The position numbers and the translations under genes were made by a program. The notes under the pieces are model-generated. The model was not told the DNA's origin and searched no databases. It saw only the letters and a list, made by a program, of their open reading frames with translations. Below are positions 34,051-47,360 of a stretch of DNA of 64,000 nt, in pieces; position 1 is the stretch's first letter; the number at the start of each line of letters is the position of its first letter. Origin of the DNA: Phyllobates terribilis (taxonomy: Eukaryota); NCBI RefSeq assembly GCF_046119375.1, contig NW_027362762.1:716038001-716102000 (forward strand), in the 5' to 3' direction.

Positions 34051-35559
34051 GTATTGCGATACAGTGCCGTGATTTTTGCTATAAAAGGGTCCCCTAGACC
34101 CCTACCCCAAGCTTTTTAAGAGAATCATATATGGCGTGCCAGGAGACTCTATGGAATGCTTTCTCAGCATCCAACGAGAGTATCTAATTACAAATTTTTA
34201 ACTGCATCTAGCCCAGGAAATACTTTGTGCCTAGTAGCAGTGTCTGCTAGTCAGCGGATTATCCCGGCTGTTAAGCAAGCTACACCACCTGTAGTTTGGA
34301 CACTTAATTTATTCAAAGGAAATGCTTCAGGACCACGGGATACTCAGTGAAGAGCATCAGGAGGCACCCCAAGGCATAGGGGCTGGGACTGGCAGTAGGA
34401 TGCCTTGCGGTGGACAGCCGAGCTCGATCCTTATAAAAGCTTTTTAACTGCAGCAGCTTTAGTGGACGCTACTGGAGCTGGAATTACGCGGCTGCTGGAA
34501 TGAGACTTGCCCTCCAATAGATCCTTGTAAATGGATTTAAAGTGTATTCATTCAAATTAGAGAGACAATTTAAATTAAAAAGCTTAGAGCTGCCTCCACC
34601 ACAGGAGGGCTCGCTTGACCCACCAGCAGACAGGCACCAGTATTGGGAGAGGGGGGCTGGCCGTCAGGGTTCACCGCGGCTCTGGCACAAACCCGGCGAC
34701 ACGGAGGTGGCACGGGCAGGAGCGGACTGGCCGTGTCGGCTTCTCACTTTTTGGATTTTAGAAGGGCATGACATGCCTATATCTGTGTCTCCCCCTCATT
34801 TTACTCCTCCACCTCTTTTCTTTTCGCATGACTATATGTACTTGTCACTTTTCCATGTGTTAGTTGTGTCTTCTGAGCAGTTTGTCAGCTTTTGGACACC
34901 TTTGAAGGTGTTTTCTATGTGTTTCTATGTGTTTTTGTTTGCCTGCCATTGGTTTTAATGGTGTTCGAAGGTGTTCGACGGACAGTTCGACGAACAGTTC
35001 GGCGAACACACGGGTGTTCGACGAACCGTACCGAACTCGAACACTACGGGGGTGGCTCAACACTAGTCTAGAGCGCCGGATAAATGTTACTTAAAATGTT
35101 CCCAATAAAAGCTTCAAATCAGTCCTCAAAAAAGCTAGTCCCCACTCAGGTCCGTCATCTGTTAAAAATATAAGGGACTTCCAAGTTACTGGTAGCAGAA
35201 AGGCTCTGGAAAAGTGAAATGGCCCTTGCCCCCCTAAAGAAATTCAGAAAATTTTGTGCTCCCAAATCCAAATGCCTATTCTACAATAATTTGTTCTCCA
35301 ATTGTCAAATAGCGCTCCGTCCCTCCCTGATCTCGCCGTATGGCTAAACAGTACGATACAGCCACATATGGGGTATTGCCACTTTTAGAAGAAATTGTGT
35401 GACACATTTCGGCACCATTTTTACACATAGCCCTGTGTGAAAATGTAAAATCTGAGGGTAAAACATTTTTTTTGTGGTAAAAATACAATTATGTTTTCTT
35501 CACTGCCCAATGGTATAAATTTAAAAATTAAAAAATACTCACTACTTCCCTAGTTGAAT

Positions 35560-37150
35560 TTCTTTAGAGGTGTAGTTTACAAAATGGGGTCACTTGTGGG
35601 GGTTTCTGCTGTTTCGGCATGTCAGTGACTCTTCAAATGTGACATGGTGTCTGCAACCTATCCCAGCCAACATAGCACTCCTTTCTCTTCCGAACCCTGC
35701 CGTACACCAAAGCAGTGGTTTTCCCCCACATATGAGGTATCGGCGTACTCAGGAGAAATTGCACAACAAATTTCATGGTGCAAGATCTCCTGTTATCCTT
35801 ATGATAATGCAAAATTAGGGGATGAAAAACATTTTTTGTAGGAAAAATGTGAAAATTTTATTTTTTACGGCTCAATATTTAAACTTCTGTGAAGCACCTT
35901 GGGGTGCAAGGTGCTCACCACACATCTAGATAAGTTCAATAAGGGGTCTAGTTTCCAAAATGGTGTCACTTGTGAGGGGTTTCTACTGTTTAGGCACATT
36001 AGGGGCTCCCCACATACGACATGGCGTCCGCTATTTATTCAAACAAATTTTACATTCAAAAAGTCAAATGGCGCAACTTCCCTTTCGAACCCTGCAGTGT
36101 ACCAAAATAGTGGTTTTCTCCCACATATGGGGTATCGCCATACTCAGGAGAAATTGCACAGCAAACTTCATGGTGCAATTTCTCCTGTTACCCTTATGAT
36201 AATGCAAAATTAGGGGATGAAAAACGTTTTTTGTGGGAAAAATGTGAAAATTTTATTTTTACGGCTCAATATTATAAATTTCTGTGAAGCACCTGGGGGT
36301 GCAAGGTGCTCACCACACATCTAGATAGGTTCCCTAAGGGGTCTAGTTTCCAAAATGGTGTCACTTGTGGGGGTTTCCACTGTTTAAGCACATCAGGGGC
36401 TCCCCACATGCAACATGGTGTCCGCTAATTATTCAAGCAAATTTTACATTCAAAAAATAAAATGGCGCTCCTTCCCTTCCAAACACTGCCGTGCGCCAAA
36501 ACAGTGGTTTTCTTCCACATATGGGGTATTGCCGTGTTCAGGAGAAATTGCGCAATAAATTTCATGGTGCAATTTATCCTATTACCCTTATGATAATGCA
36601 AAATTAAGGGATGAAAAATGTTTTTGTGCGAAAAATGTGAAAATTTTATTTTTACAGCTCAATATTATAAACTTCTGTGAAGCACCTTAGGGTTCAAGGT
36701 GCTCACCACACATCTAGATAAGTTCACTAAGGGGTCTAGTTTCCAAAATGGTGTCACTTTTGGGGGGTTTCCACTGTTTAGGCACATCAGGAGCTTTCCA
36801 AACGCAACATGGCGTCTGCTAATTATTCAAACAAATTTTACATTCAAAAAGTCTAATGGCGCTCCTTCCCTTCTGAACCCTGCAGTCCACCCAAACAGTG
36901 GTTTTCCTTCACATATGGGGTATCAGCGTGCTCATGAGAAATTGTACTACAAATTGTGTATTCCATTTTTTCCAGTTACCCTTGAAAAAATGAAAAAAAT
37001 TGGTTCTAAATTAACATTTTTGTGAAAAAAAGTTAAATGTTCAATTTTCTTCCACATTCCAAAAATTCCAGTGAAACACCTGAGGGGTTAATAAACTTCT
37101 TGAATGTGGTTTTGAGCACCTTGAGGGGTGAAGTTTTTAGAATGGTGTCA
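35560..37150 (+). repeat. ~390-bp tandem repeat, about 4 copies, inside the TTAA element
   Basis: gtgctcaccacacatctaga at 35911, 36306 and 36699. Confidence 0.85.
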
Positions 37151-37462
37151 CTTTTGGGTATTTTCTGTCATAATGGCCCCTCAAAGTCACTTCAAATAAG
37201 ATGTGGTCCCTAAAAAAATGTTTTTTGTAAATTTTGTTGGAAAAATGAGAAATCGCTGGTAAACTTTTAACCCTTTAAAATGCAAGCGATATCAAAGAAA
37301 TTTTACCTCTATCATGAAGTGCAATATGTCACGAAAAACATTCTCAGAATCAGGGGAATCCGTCAAAGCGTTCCAGAGTAATTACTTCATAAAGTGACAG
37401 TGGTCAGAATTGAAAAAATTAGCCCGGTCACGAAGGAAAAAACAGGCTCTGGTGCGAAGTGG

Positions 37463-38146
37463 TTAATTAGTCTGTTAGGATTATGGTTTGTTCACTATGA
37501 TCATTAGGAAAGGCTAGGTGATGCAAATTTCCCAGCTGTATAAATACCCCGCCTCCTCTAACCTTGAGCTAAAAAACAGCAACCATGCCTAGTACTCTGA
37601 AAATGAAAATGGTGGAGGTCCACAAAGCAGGAGAAGGCTATAAGAAGATAGCAAAATGTTTTCAAGTTACCCTTTCCTAAGTTCGAAATGTAATTAAGAA
37701 ATGGCAGTTAACAGAAACAGTGGAGGTCAAGATACGGTCTGGAAGATAAAGCAAATTTTCAGTGAGAGCTGCTCATAGAATTGCTAGAAAGGAAAATCTG
37801 AATTCCTGCTTGCTGCAAAAGACCTTAAGAAAGAAATAGCAGACTCTAGAGTTGTGGTACATTGTTATACTGTTGAGAAACACCTGCACAAATATGGCCT
37901 TCATAGAATAGTCATCAGAAAAAAACCTTTCCTGCATCCTGACTGTAAAATTCAGCATCAGAATTATGCAAAAGAACATCTAAGCATTCTTGATGCATTT
38001 TATAAACAAGTCCTGTGGACCGATGAGGTAAAAATAGAACTCTTTGGTCAAAATTATCAAATGTATGTGTGGAGAAAAAAGGCAGCAGAATTTCAGGAAA
38101 AGAACATCTCACCATCCACAAAGCAATATGACTTTGCTGACCATAA
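37463..38146 (+). mobile_element. Internal Tc1 fragment, duplicate of 54829-55511
   Basis: About 95% identical by eye, with the same 3' truncation and the same 21-bp non-Tc1 tail. HRIVIRKKPFL and VLWTDEVKIELFG motifs. Confidence 0.9.
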
Positions 38147-39084
38147 AAAATTGGCCTGGTCACGAAGGCAAAAACAGGCTCTGGCGCGAAGTGGTTATTG
38201 TAGTATATCACAGATCAATTAAGTCACAAAACTCTGCAAGTAAAGCACTTACCTATGTCACTTGATTCTTTGGATTATTATTCACAGTATGACTACCACT
38301 CCCATTTTCAATGTGTTTCAACACTAATGCTGCAGTACAACACAACCCAATTTTGGCCTTTTCTGTCTCTATTTTGAATGAGCATTTGAATCCCAATGCT
38401 TCTATGTGGCAGACCCTCATTCTCAACTTTGATAGACCCCTCCTTTTTGCTTTGACCATGTGATGTGATAGATGCAGGCCATTATGTTGAAGCCAGTCTG
38501 GCCGAGCCTGTTGTCATTAGACTTTTCTGTGACTCTTTAGCTATATGAGAAATGGAGCAGAGCATTTATTTGTTTTGGCTGATCCACGTGAATCAAATTT
38601 TAAAGTGTTCAAATTCATTGGAATCTGAAAATTTCAGGAACTTTGACTTGACAATTTGATTACATTTAATACTTTACATTATATGGACAGATGAATTTGG
38701 CCACCTACACATAACACCTACAACAGTTTTTATGACGCTTTATTCTTAATCTATAGACATTACAAGATTTTAGAGTGCGTGTGAGAATTTTTGCTTATAA
38801 TTTAGAAAAGCATTTGTGAATTCAGACACTGATGTTGAATGAGCTAAGCTCATAATCTGCCTTCTAGTTGAGACAAATCGATTCTGGAAGTGCTCTCGTG
38901 AAAGTAAGAGTAACCAAAAAAATTGTTGGATCTTCTAAATATGGTGCAATCACATGGAGGATATTCCACAAGGGATTAATATTTGTAGGTTTATTAAAAA
39001 ATCATAAAACTGTGAATACATATAAGGGACGTGGATATACAAAAAAAAGGGGGGAGGAAAGGGGATCTTAAAGAAGATGACAGT

Positions 39085-39345
39085 CTTCTAGTTCATCCCA
39101 AATGTGTTCAAAGGGGTTGAAGTCAGAGCTCTGTGTGGTCCAGTCAGGTTCTTCCATACCAAACTCCCCAAATAATGTCTTTAAAGACTTTGCAGTAATA
39201 CTGGAATAGAAATGCTTTTCCCCAAAATGTCACCACAAAGTTGAGAGCATACAATTGCCAAAAATGTCTTGCAACTCTGAAGCATTAAGAAATCTTTTCA
39301 CTAGAACAGAGCTATACCAAACCCTGAAAACAGCCCCATAGCATT
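39085..39345 (-). mobile_element. Old Tc1 transposase fragment
   Basis: The reverse strand resembles the C-terminal Tc1 region (degenerate LDHTEL.LQPL.THLG.. / SPDLNPIEHLW-like segment). Confidence 0.5.
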
Positions 39346-40554
39346 TTACAAAAAGCAAAGAAAAACTACTCATCACTCACAGGTTAGATGCTTTTTGAAA
39401 GGCCTACTTACTCATTTCAAGCTTATGCATATTGTAATCCAAGAAAATAGACATAAATTGCACAGACAATAAAGCATCTTTGTTAAAATGAAGACATTTC
39501 TTTATTGATATTCTTTAAAACATCAAAGAATATTCCATGCAGTTTGCTCTAGTCCATGTAGTTTTCTATAGATCAGATGGACTGTAGAAACCAGCGCGGA
39601 CATGATGTTTTAAAGGATAATAAAGAAACGTCTTCATTTATGCCAAGGTAGTGGAATGCCTATTCCTTGTAGCATAGCATTATTCTTCTTCTACTACACT
39701 TTACAGTTGGCAGGCAGGCAACAAACTACAGGCATTTACCAAATCAATCATTAGACTGCCAGACAGAAAGTAGCATTCATCATTCTACAGAACATTGCCA
39801 CTTCTTCAGATTCCAGTGGTGGCGTGTTATACATTACATCATCCAGTGCTTTGAGCGATGGTAACTTTTATGCATTATGCATCAGCACATCTTTTATTGC
39901 AGCAAAATGTAAAAAATTATTTCAGGTAGAAATAACACGCTAATATGAGCTTTTTCTTTGAATCTACAAATAAGGACTATGCTTGGTCTTAAACGCTTAA
40001 GAAATGCTCATATTAGCATTTAATTTATACCTAGAAGGATTCTTTTAATTTTTGCTGGAATAAAGATATTTTTTACTCTTGTCTGTGTCCACTAATGACA
40101 AATATCTGTATCTTTTTTAATAATATAAGACTGAAAAGACACCGTTTTCTTTCTATTATTTTACATATTTAATTTTTTTTTCTACTTTTCTTGTTTCATG
40201 CCGATAACTCGCACCCCTTCTCAGTGCTGTCCTACTCACTGCATTAACTACTCTGCTCCATCCAGTGTCCGGCCATCATGTTGAACTGCCTCTGCAGAAC
40301 TCCCAGCGTCTACAGCACTCCCAGCTCTGCTGCATTCCCCTGTTTCTGGAGAGTCTCCACCATAACTATAGGGAGGCACTGCCAGACACTGAAGGGATGG
40401 GAGTGCCATCTGCAGACATGGGCAGCTCTTATTTTAACCCTTGATATCTCTGACTGGGTTGTGACTACAGCAGCAAATCTAGTTTCACTTTGAATCTGAG
40501 AATCTCAGCTTCTTAGATCATAGGCTGAAGTAGGATTTGCGAGATGTACACCAC

Positions 40555-41061
40555 TAGGGATGAGTGAGTATACTCGTTACTATTCGGTACTCGCCGAAAA
40601 GTATGGTACTCGGACTACTCGTTACTCCCCGAGTTTCCTTGTGATTACTTGCTAGGAGTAACGAGTACAATGTAAGTCAATGGGAAATGCGAGTAAGCCA
40701 AGTAATTGTCTGCTGGAGCCTATAAAGCGGTCTGGGGGTTGAGGAAAAGGCTGAAATGGGTGCATGATTGTTTAAAAGCCGGCGGTAAAAACAATCACTC
40801 AGCCCCATACTCGCTTCCCCGCAGCCTCTCATCTAGATCCTCCGCTCCACCACCGCCTCCCATCCCGATCCTAATGCACCCATTTCAGCCTATTCCTCAG
40901 CCCCCAGACCGCTTTATAGGCTCCAGCAGACAATTACTCGGCTTACGCGCTTTTCCCATTGACTTACATTGGACTTGCTAATCGTAACGAGTACACGAGT
41001 ATTGGGACCTACTCGTTACGAGTATAGCGAGTCCGATTATTTCACTACTTGCTCATCCCTA
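40555..41061. mobile_element. ~500-bp hAT-type MITE
   Basis: TIRs tagggatgagtgagta... and ...cttgctcatcccta. 8-bp flanks tacaccac/tacaccat (7 of 8 match). tactcg/cgagta subterminal motifs and an internal inverted repeat. Confidence 0.8.
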
Positions 41062-43261
41062 TACACCATTCGTCTGACTCCAGCCTATCTCCTCATTAAG
41101 AAGATGAGCCGAGGATTGTCTGTGGGACAGTGAAAAGCAGAGGGGCCCAAGAAGTGTTCAGTAAAGAGAGTATAAATATATATTTTTTAACCTCTTGATA
41201 GCCCTATATGTTTCAGCAAAATGGCAGCCAGCAAAGGAATTACAAAAAGTCCAGAGTTTGGCAGAAGTGGATTTTTGTAATATTCAGATAGAATTTAATT
41301 CCACTCAAATATATTCGCTCATCTCTAATTATAATTAGAGTTTTTTTTCCAGTACATTTATTAATTTAACTTTCAGTACCAAGAAACAAAAAAAGTGATT
41401 TATACCCCTACAATTTCTAAACTCTTGTACAAAAGCATCACATTTTTCAGCTTTCAAAAAAAGCCTTTGTGTTCATGATACACTTGCACATGACTACCTG
41501 ATCCAAAAATAACTGTGGAAATTAGCTTTCCTGTATCAACTTTCAGTATTTCTAAGGCAGACTATCTCATTACTAGGAGAGAATGGATTGCAACAAAGAG
41601 ACAAAATAGTCTAATACTTCTTGCTTCCTCTGACTCTACATATCATTTGTTCTCTCTTGCCAAAAAATCATAAATGTGAACAAGTAGTAACACAACCCTC
41701 ACTAGATTTAGTGCAAATATATTTACATAAATATCACTACCATTATAGCTCAGAGAAAATGAACAATACACAAAGAAAATAACTGTATACCTAATGCAGC
41801 AGCAACAAAAAATCACCAATACTCTGATAAATCACTGCATTTTTTCTGCTAAGCAAGGATTCTCTAGTTGATATTGTGTTGAGATTAAAGGACATTGCGG
41901 GTAAATATGCCATAAAATCAACAAAGCAGACCTGCCAATTTTTTATTGACACGTCAATATTTCATTGTTTATTCAGAGCAGACAGGGACTATCAGCACAG
42001 TTGATAGATTGGCATTCTACCCACTGTCTGTTTAACCCTGAAAGTCAAGAAGACCACTTGTGCATCCATTCATTTGTTATTCCACTGTAAACATTTTGTA
42101 CAGATTTGGGTAGCTATTTTATGAAGACCATTTTTTTCAATATTCAAATATTATTTTTGAAAATATTTTATTAGTAGACCATCATATCAATGGCAAAACA
42201 TATAGATTTAGGTGTTTCTTTGCTCTCACTTTACTTGCCATTTGGCTCAATCTACAGTATGAAAAGCTCCACTTAGCCCAGAACCTTTTTCCACATCCGA
42301 AAAACCTTTACGTTTATTTATTATGCTAAAAAAAGAACAAGCATAAGCGGCAAGTCTAAAAAAGAGAAAAAAAGAACTTTCAGTCCATCTTGAGTTTTCC
42401 ACCTTGTGCTTGTTGCACCATTCAATATGACATAATGATGTAATAATAACTCTTGTTGTAGTAATATAATTCCATTTATTTACCTTCATTTACTATATGT
42501 ACCTTGATTTTTGTCACACAGCACATGGATCGATAAAGTAGCATTAGAGTAGAATGGTTGTTTTCACATATCCATTAAAATCGCAGATCATATAATGAGT
42601 TCCATGTGAGTATTAAAGCCTATTTGGATCTGTAAAGAAAACAGATGAAACCCAAAAGACATACTTTGGGGGCAATTCATTGTTCATACTTGTGGCTGGC
42701 ATACATTTCTGGAGTAAGTTACGGTGGAGTGGAGAAATTAGTAGGTGAAGCAAATTACGCCTATTTAGTTACGCCCCATTTTTCCCATATCCTGCACATG
42801 CTACACCCACATTGGCAAAGCTGGAAGAAACTATCATCAAAATGCCAAAAGTCACAATATTTTGCTGCAATTGCAGAGTTATGCAAAATAATTGTGACTT
42901 ATTAAGGTGATTATTTCTGATGTAAACACCTTAATGAATCCCGTTGCTTTTAAGAGTTCCAACTGAATTTAATCCGCTTTTAAATGATACATCACTGAGC
43001 CAATGGATAAAAAGTTCAGAGAGTCTACCTGCTTCAGTAAAAATAAACAAATGGGAAAAGAAACACATGCAACCAGGATGCATCTAGGATGATTCCTGAG
43101 AAAAAAATCATTCAGTTCTCTTGCATGGTAACATGCACATGGATGTGTAAATGCAGACTTTAGGCTCAATTCACATGTCCAGTAATCATCTGTTTGAAAT
43201 GGATTCATTAAAAAAAGCAATTGTATCAGTGTCAAACTGATGAAAAACTGATATACTTTAA

Positions 43262-43455
43262 GGCCACGTTCACAAGTTTAGTATTTAGTCAGTATTTTAC
43301 CTCAGTATTTGTAAGCCAAAACCAGGAGTGGGTGAAAAATGCAGAAGTGGTGACGTGTTTCTATTATACTTTTCCTCTGATTGTTCGACTACTGATTTTG
43401 ACTTACAAATACTGATGTAAAATACTGACCACATACTGAACATGTGAATGTGGCA
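43262..43455. mobile_element. MITE with TAA TSD (PIF/Harbinger-like)
   Basis: taa|ggccacgttcaca ... tgtgaatgtggca|taa, with aaatactga/tcagtattt subterminal repeats. Confidence 0.7.
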
Positions 43456-46400
43456 TAAAATTGATTCATTCACATTGACTTCATTGATTTAACAAACGGA
43501 TCCAGCTGAACAGAGATATTTTAGCCAGAAAAGAAAAGGTTTGTGCATGTACAAGTTTTTTAAATGCCTAAAAAACCTGGTTACTGCCACTTTGGTGATG
43601 TCTGCCCCTAATTTTTGGAAATGTGTAGAATCATGGTTGGGTCTCCTTCATGTGTGTTGCGTGTAGCAGTAGGGCTCCCAGACCGGCAGGCCGCTACTTA
43701 CTTTCAGTCAACTACCTGTGTTACTATCTTTAAATTTTTGTACCACTAGTACTCTATGAAACTGATCAATCACCCATCTCGTTTTAATTTGAAAGGTTTT
43801 AAAAAAAATTTAAATAAGGTGCATTGCATACTTATTGAAAGACATGTGTCTTTTACCAATCCTTTGTAAGTGTTAAAAAGCATTAAGCATGGCTTGATAA
43901 ACATTACATTTATCTAGGACATTTTTCTCTCTATTGTGTCATAGACAATATTAAGATTTCTAAAGCCACTGGTGTGAAGGGACATTCACCTCACTCTCCC
44001 TCCTCCCCTCTAACACAAATGTTCAGTAAGGAAATCAAGAGCTGACAGTCTGAGTCTCCCAGAAGTTAGACTGGTATAATGGACATAAAGAAGTTGGAAA
44101 TTAGGTTTAGTTGGATAGTGACAATCCTAACTAGAATGCAGACAGCTTCTTTTGGAAATGAAAGACCCCTGCAGTACCAACGAGGGTGTATTTTGTGCGT
44201 AGACAAAGAGTTATAGATTGGACATGTAATTAAGTCAGAAAATGTATTTTAAGTGGGTTGGATAACATATTTACATGTGTTTACACATAGATAACAAAGT
44301 GGAAAAGGCTTTGCCTCCAAGAAATACATCCTGAATCACACCTCGACTCCCTCATAGGAATTGTTATACATTTACAGTAGACGGCTGTCTCTAAAAAAAA
44401 TTATGAATATTGGAGATTGTTTAAATTTGATAGTACTGGTACATACATTTTAAGCTTCAGGGCTAACAGGAGAAGAATAAGCATATTTTTTCATAGTTGT
44501 GACACCTGCCTATAAGCCACAAATCCATAGTGTCCAGATAACTGACCCTAGTCGTGTCATGTTTGGTCTCTGCGGAAAGATAAAATTCCAAAGGAATTTA
44601 TGGTGGTGATCTCAAGCTTCTGTGATCATCCAAAGTGGAGACATTGTTAATGTTGGAAATTTCATAAAATTCTGGAGGGCTGAAGACATCCCTAAACCCA
44701 ACACACATGAGTTTATCATGGGAGAGTGTGTGGGTGTAACTCAGATGCTGATAAAAGGTCAAGACAAATTATGATCTGTGTTCGGATTCATGCATATGCA
44801 TAGGCGTATGCATGAATCCCATTCACTGAGTGTCCACAATCGAAGTGCTCTCCTTTGGCTAAATTAGTAAGTTTGTTTTGTTATTCCTTTTTATTTATGT
44901 AACTGTGTATGTTGTATTGTTTTTCCCCCTTTGTAAAATCTTTTGTATATTTTTTAATAAACACTGCCTATCGTTTTGGATTAAATTTAATAGTTCTGAT
45001 CCTTTTGTTCTGTAACCTGCACCCAAAAGCCATACGCTACCAGAACCAGGCCTCCAGTCGGCCTGTATAAAACATGACTGGCAGAGAGTAGTGCTTGGGT
45101 TATCGTGGAGTTCGCAGTGACCATATCGGGGGTATATACATATATTCAATGGGTTGGAATCAGAGTTTTACACCTTATACTCATTGTTAGTTTCCTGATA
45201 ACCGGCCTGTTAGTGGAAACAGCCTGTGGCATCCTCTGTAAATCATTGGTCAATAGTGTAATTGTGTGGACAACAGGGGGCAGAAGAGAGCTGTTCACTC
45301 CTAAGATAACAGTGGACGGGTTAAACCATGAGCCCCCTGGCTGCAATCTTTAACATAGTAAATGATATTGCATTGCTCACACAGGAATAGATCATTTTCT
45401 TCTACCTTTGACAGCAAATAACACAAGCATAAATGTAGAGACACAACATGGTGGGAACCCAGCCTTAGATGTGTTCCTTGAGACAGAAATAACAATCAAG
45501 AATAGAAATGAGTGAATTTATTTGAGTGTAATTTAATGCTCCTCAAATTTTACAAACATTCGTATTCTCGAGTAAAACAGATTTTTTTTGTAATTAACTC
45601 AGAGCAAATTTAGCAAAATGGTGGCTAGCTGCAGCAGCCATTTTGCTGAACCACGGAGAGTAAGGCAAACAATTATAAATAGTACTAATCTCATGGCTCA
45701 TCTGTCCCACCGACACTACAGCCCATCATCCAGTCTTCCGCACCTCTTCTTCTTCCCTTTACCTATTATGCAGATTGTCTTCGGCCTTTTCATTCCAGAC
45801 CAGGACTCCAGTTATAGCAATGACTAAAAACATTAATTTAGCACCTAGTCAGACATATAATAATACAAGATTGTCAGTCTTGCACTCAAAAGTTTCTACA
45901 CCGAGTTCATTTGATAAACTGGAAGCAACTTCAGTTAAAGGGAATCTGTCACCACTTTGGAGCTATCAGACCTCTACTATGGGCATACAGGATATAGAAA
46001 AGTAAATCTATACATACCTGTATGGCCCATAGTAGAGGTCTGAATGCAGGAAATGTAATTTTATCTCCTAGGATTTTCACAGACTTGGCGTCCCCCAGAT
46101 GCCAAGCAATCCAAGCCCATCTGTTTATTATTCCACCAATTCCCCGCCTATGGAAGAGGGATAGAGGCTCTTTATAAAGTCATGGCTCCTGACTGCTGGA
46201 GGGTTTCATTGTGACAACATGCAGTGTTTGCCTAAGCAATTTTTTTTTCCAGAAGCTTTGGTTTGATTTTCACCTGGCCTGGTTAACTTGCTTTTGTCAA
46301 CTCTGGCCACTCGCAATCCACAAGAGGGAGACTATATCTTACAAATTGGAAGGTAACACACTCAGAGCTATCTCCCATAATGTTGTTTATATATTTTTTT

Positions 46401-47360
46401 TATGCTGTTAGCAATGGTCAGAGCTTATCGGGATGAGCTGTGCTGAACTGAGATAGATTATTTCTGTTTTCTGTAAAGGTGGCTTTGTACCCTGTACCAA
46501 GCCCACATGTCCAGTCCTTCTTATTACAGCCACAAGGAATGGCTAAATACTCTTCATGCTTCATTCATCGATTTACCTAACATTGCAGCCCACGGAGAGT
46601 CAGGTAAGTTCTCTCTATGAAGTAATGTTTGCATGTTTTTTTTACACCTTCTTATCCTTGTCTTCCTTGTGACAGTGCCCACCACAACATTTTTTTCTTA
46701 TATTTTTACCTTTCAATTCTTTATAAAGTCATGGATCCTGGCTGATGAATGACTGTATTGTGATACCCATTGTGTTCCATCTAAGAAAGCTGTTTTCCGG
46801 AGGTTGACTGTGAAGGAAATATATAATTGTAAGAGAAACTATAATATCATTAAAATGACTAGTTAAGGCTGCATTCACATACTGACTCTACACAAAGGAG
46901 ATAATATCTGCCTACTTTTATTGCAGGAACTCAGAACCACATGGGGATCTCCTTGGTCATCCTGGAAATATGAGAATATGGTCAGGACTATAAAAAGCTG
47001 GGTGGCGCAAAAAGAAGTGGTTCATATGTGAGGGCTACCTAGGAGGCTGATGTGTTTGATGAGTGGTGGCAGTGCATTTGAAATCTGGGTGTGTCAAGGA
47101 GTGATTTATTCTCACTTTATAGCCCAACAGAGGTTGAAAGCTGGATTGAGAGGAGATAAATTAACCCTTGCAGGTACACCAAATGTCAAGTGCTGAGAAG
47201 TGTGTATGTCACATTGACATTTCGATTTAGACCTAGTTTGGAAATTTGCTCTCATCAGCAATGGCATTTTACAATCTTTAAGAAGGAGACAATAGATTAC
47301 AAAACAGGAGTGTTATGCATGGCTGTGAAAACCTTTTTTCCTGAAGTTGACCAGAGTCAA

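Larger units (their letters stand above)
24297..35065 (+). mobile_element. 10.8-kb hAT DNA transposon with both ends and an 8-bp TSD
   Basis: TIRs tagagatgagcg... and ...ggctcaacacta. Perfect TSD gtctagag at 24289-24296 and 35066-35073. gttcg/cgaac-rich subtermini and an internal transposase pseudogene. Confidence 0.95.
23941..35082. mobile_element. Small MITE-like inverted repeat whose right arm is split by the hAT insertion
   Basis: Left arm tatcctgagatctgcgctgagcacttacaccagagtttccat (23941-23982) is complementary to atggaaaccccgatgtaagtgctcag (to 24289) plus cgccggata (after 35073). Confidence 0.6.
17809..38194. mobile_element. Large non-autonomous piggyBac-type (TTAA) element, interrupted by CR1 and hAT insertions
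   Basis: Left end ttaa|ccgcttcccgacc. Right end ...gcgaagtgg|ttaa at 37462, repeated as ...gcgaagtgg|ttat at 38194. Internal segments 17809-19267, 23897-24296 and 35066-37462 appear to rejoin across the TSDs. No transposase ORF is seen, so the superfamily call rests on the TTAA-CC ends only. Confidence 0.55.

Noticed and set aside
7311-35065. One giant 27.7-kb element bounded by the ~215-bp inverted ends at 7311 and 35065
   Set aside because: The flanks differ (ctcttaac vs gtctagag), and each end pairs with its own nearer opposite end that has a perfect TSD (12829 and 24289). A composite mobilisation remains only a theoretical possibility.
41097-41327. Degraded hAT-type MITE; similar TIR remnants at ~55890 and ~62609
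   Set aside because: Only one clear TIR each and no TSD, so boundaries cannot be set.
42247-42489. 80-aa - strand ORF containing a strong acceptor (ttttttag)
   Set aside because: No convincing donor and no recognisable peptide; AT-rich chance ORF.
45406-45476. - strand segment with a Kozak-like ccaccATG and hydrophobic MLCLYIYACVICCQ, as a possible first coding exon
   Set aside because: Weak donor (gtagaa), only 14-15 codons, no recognisable protein; insufficient support without homology data.
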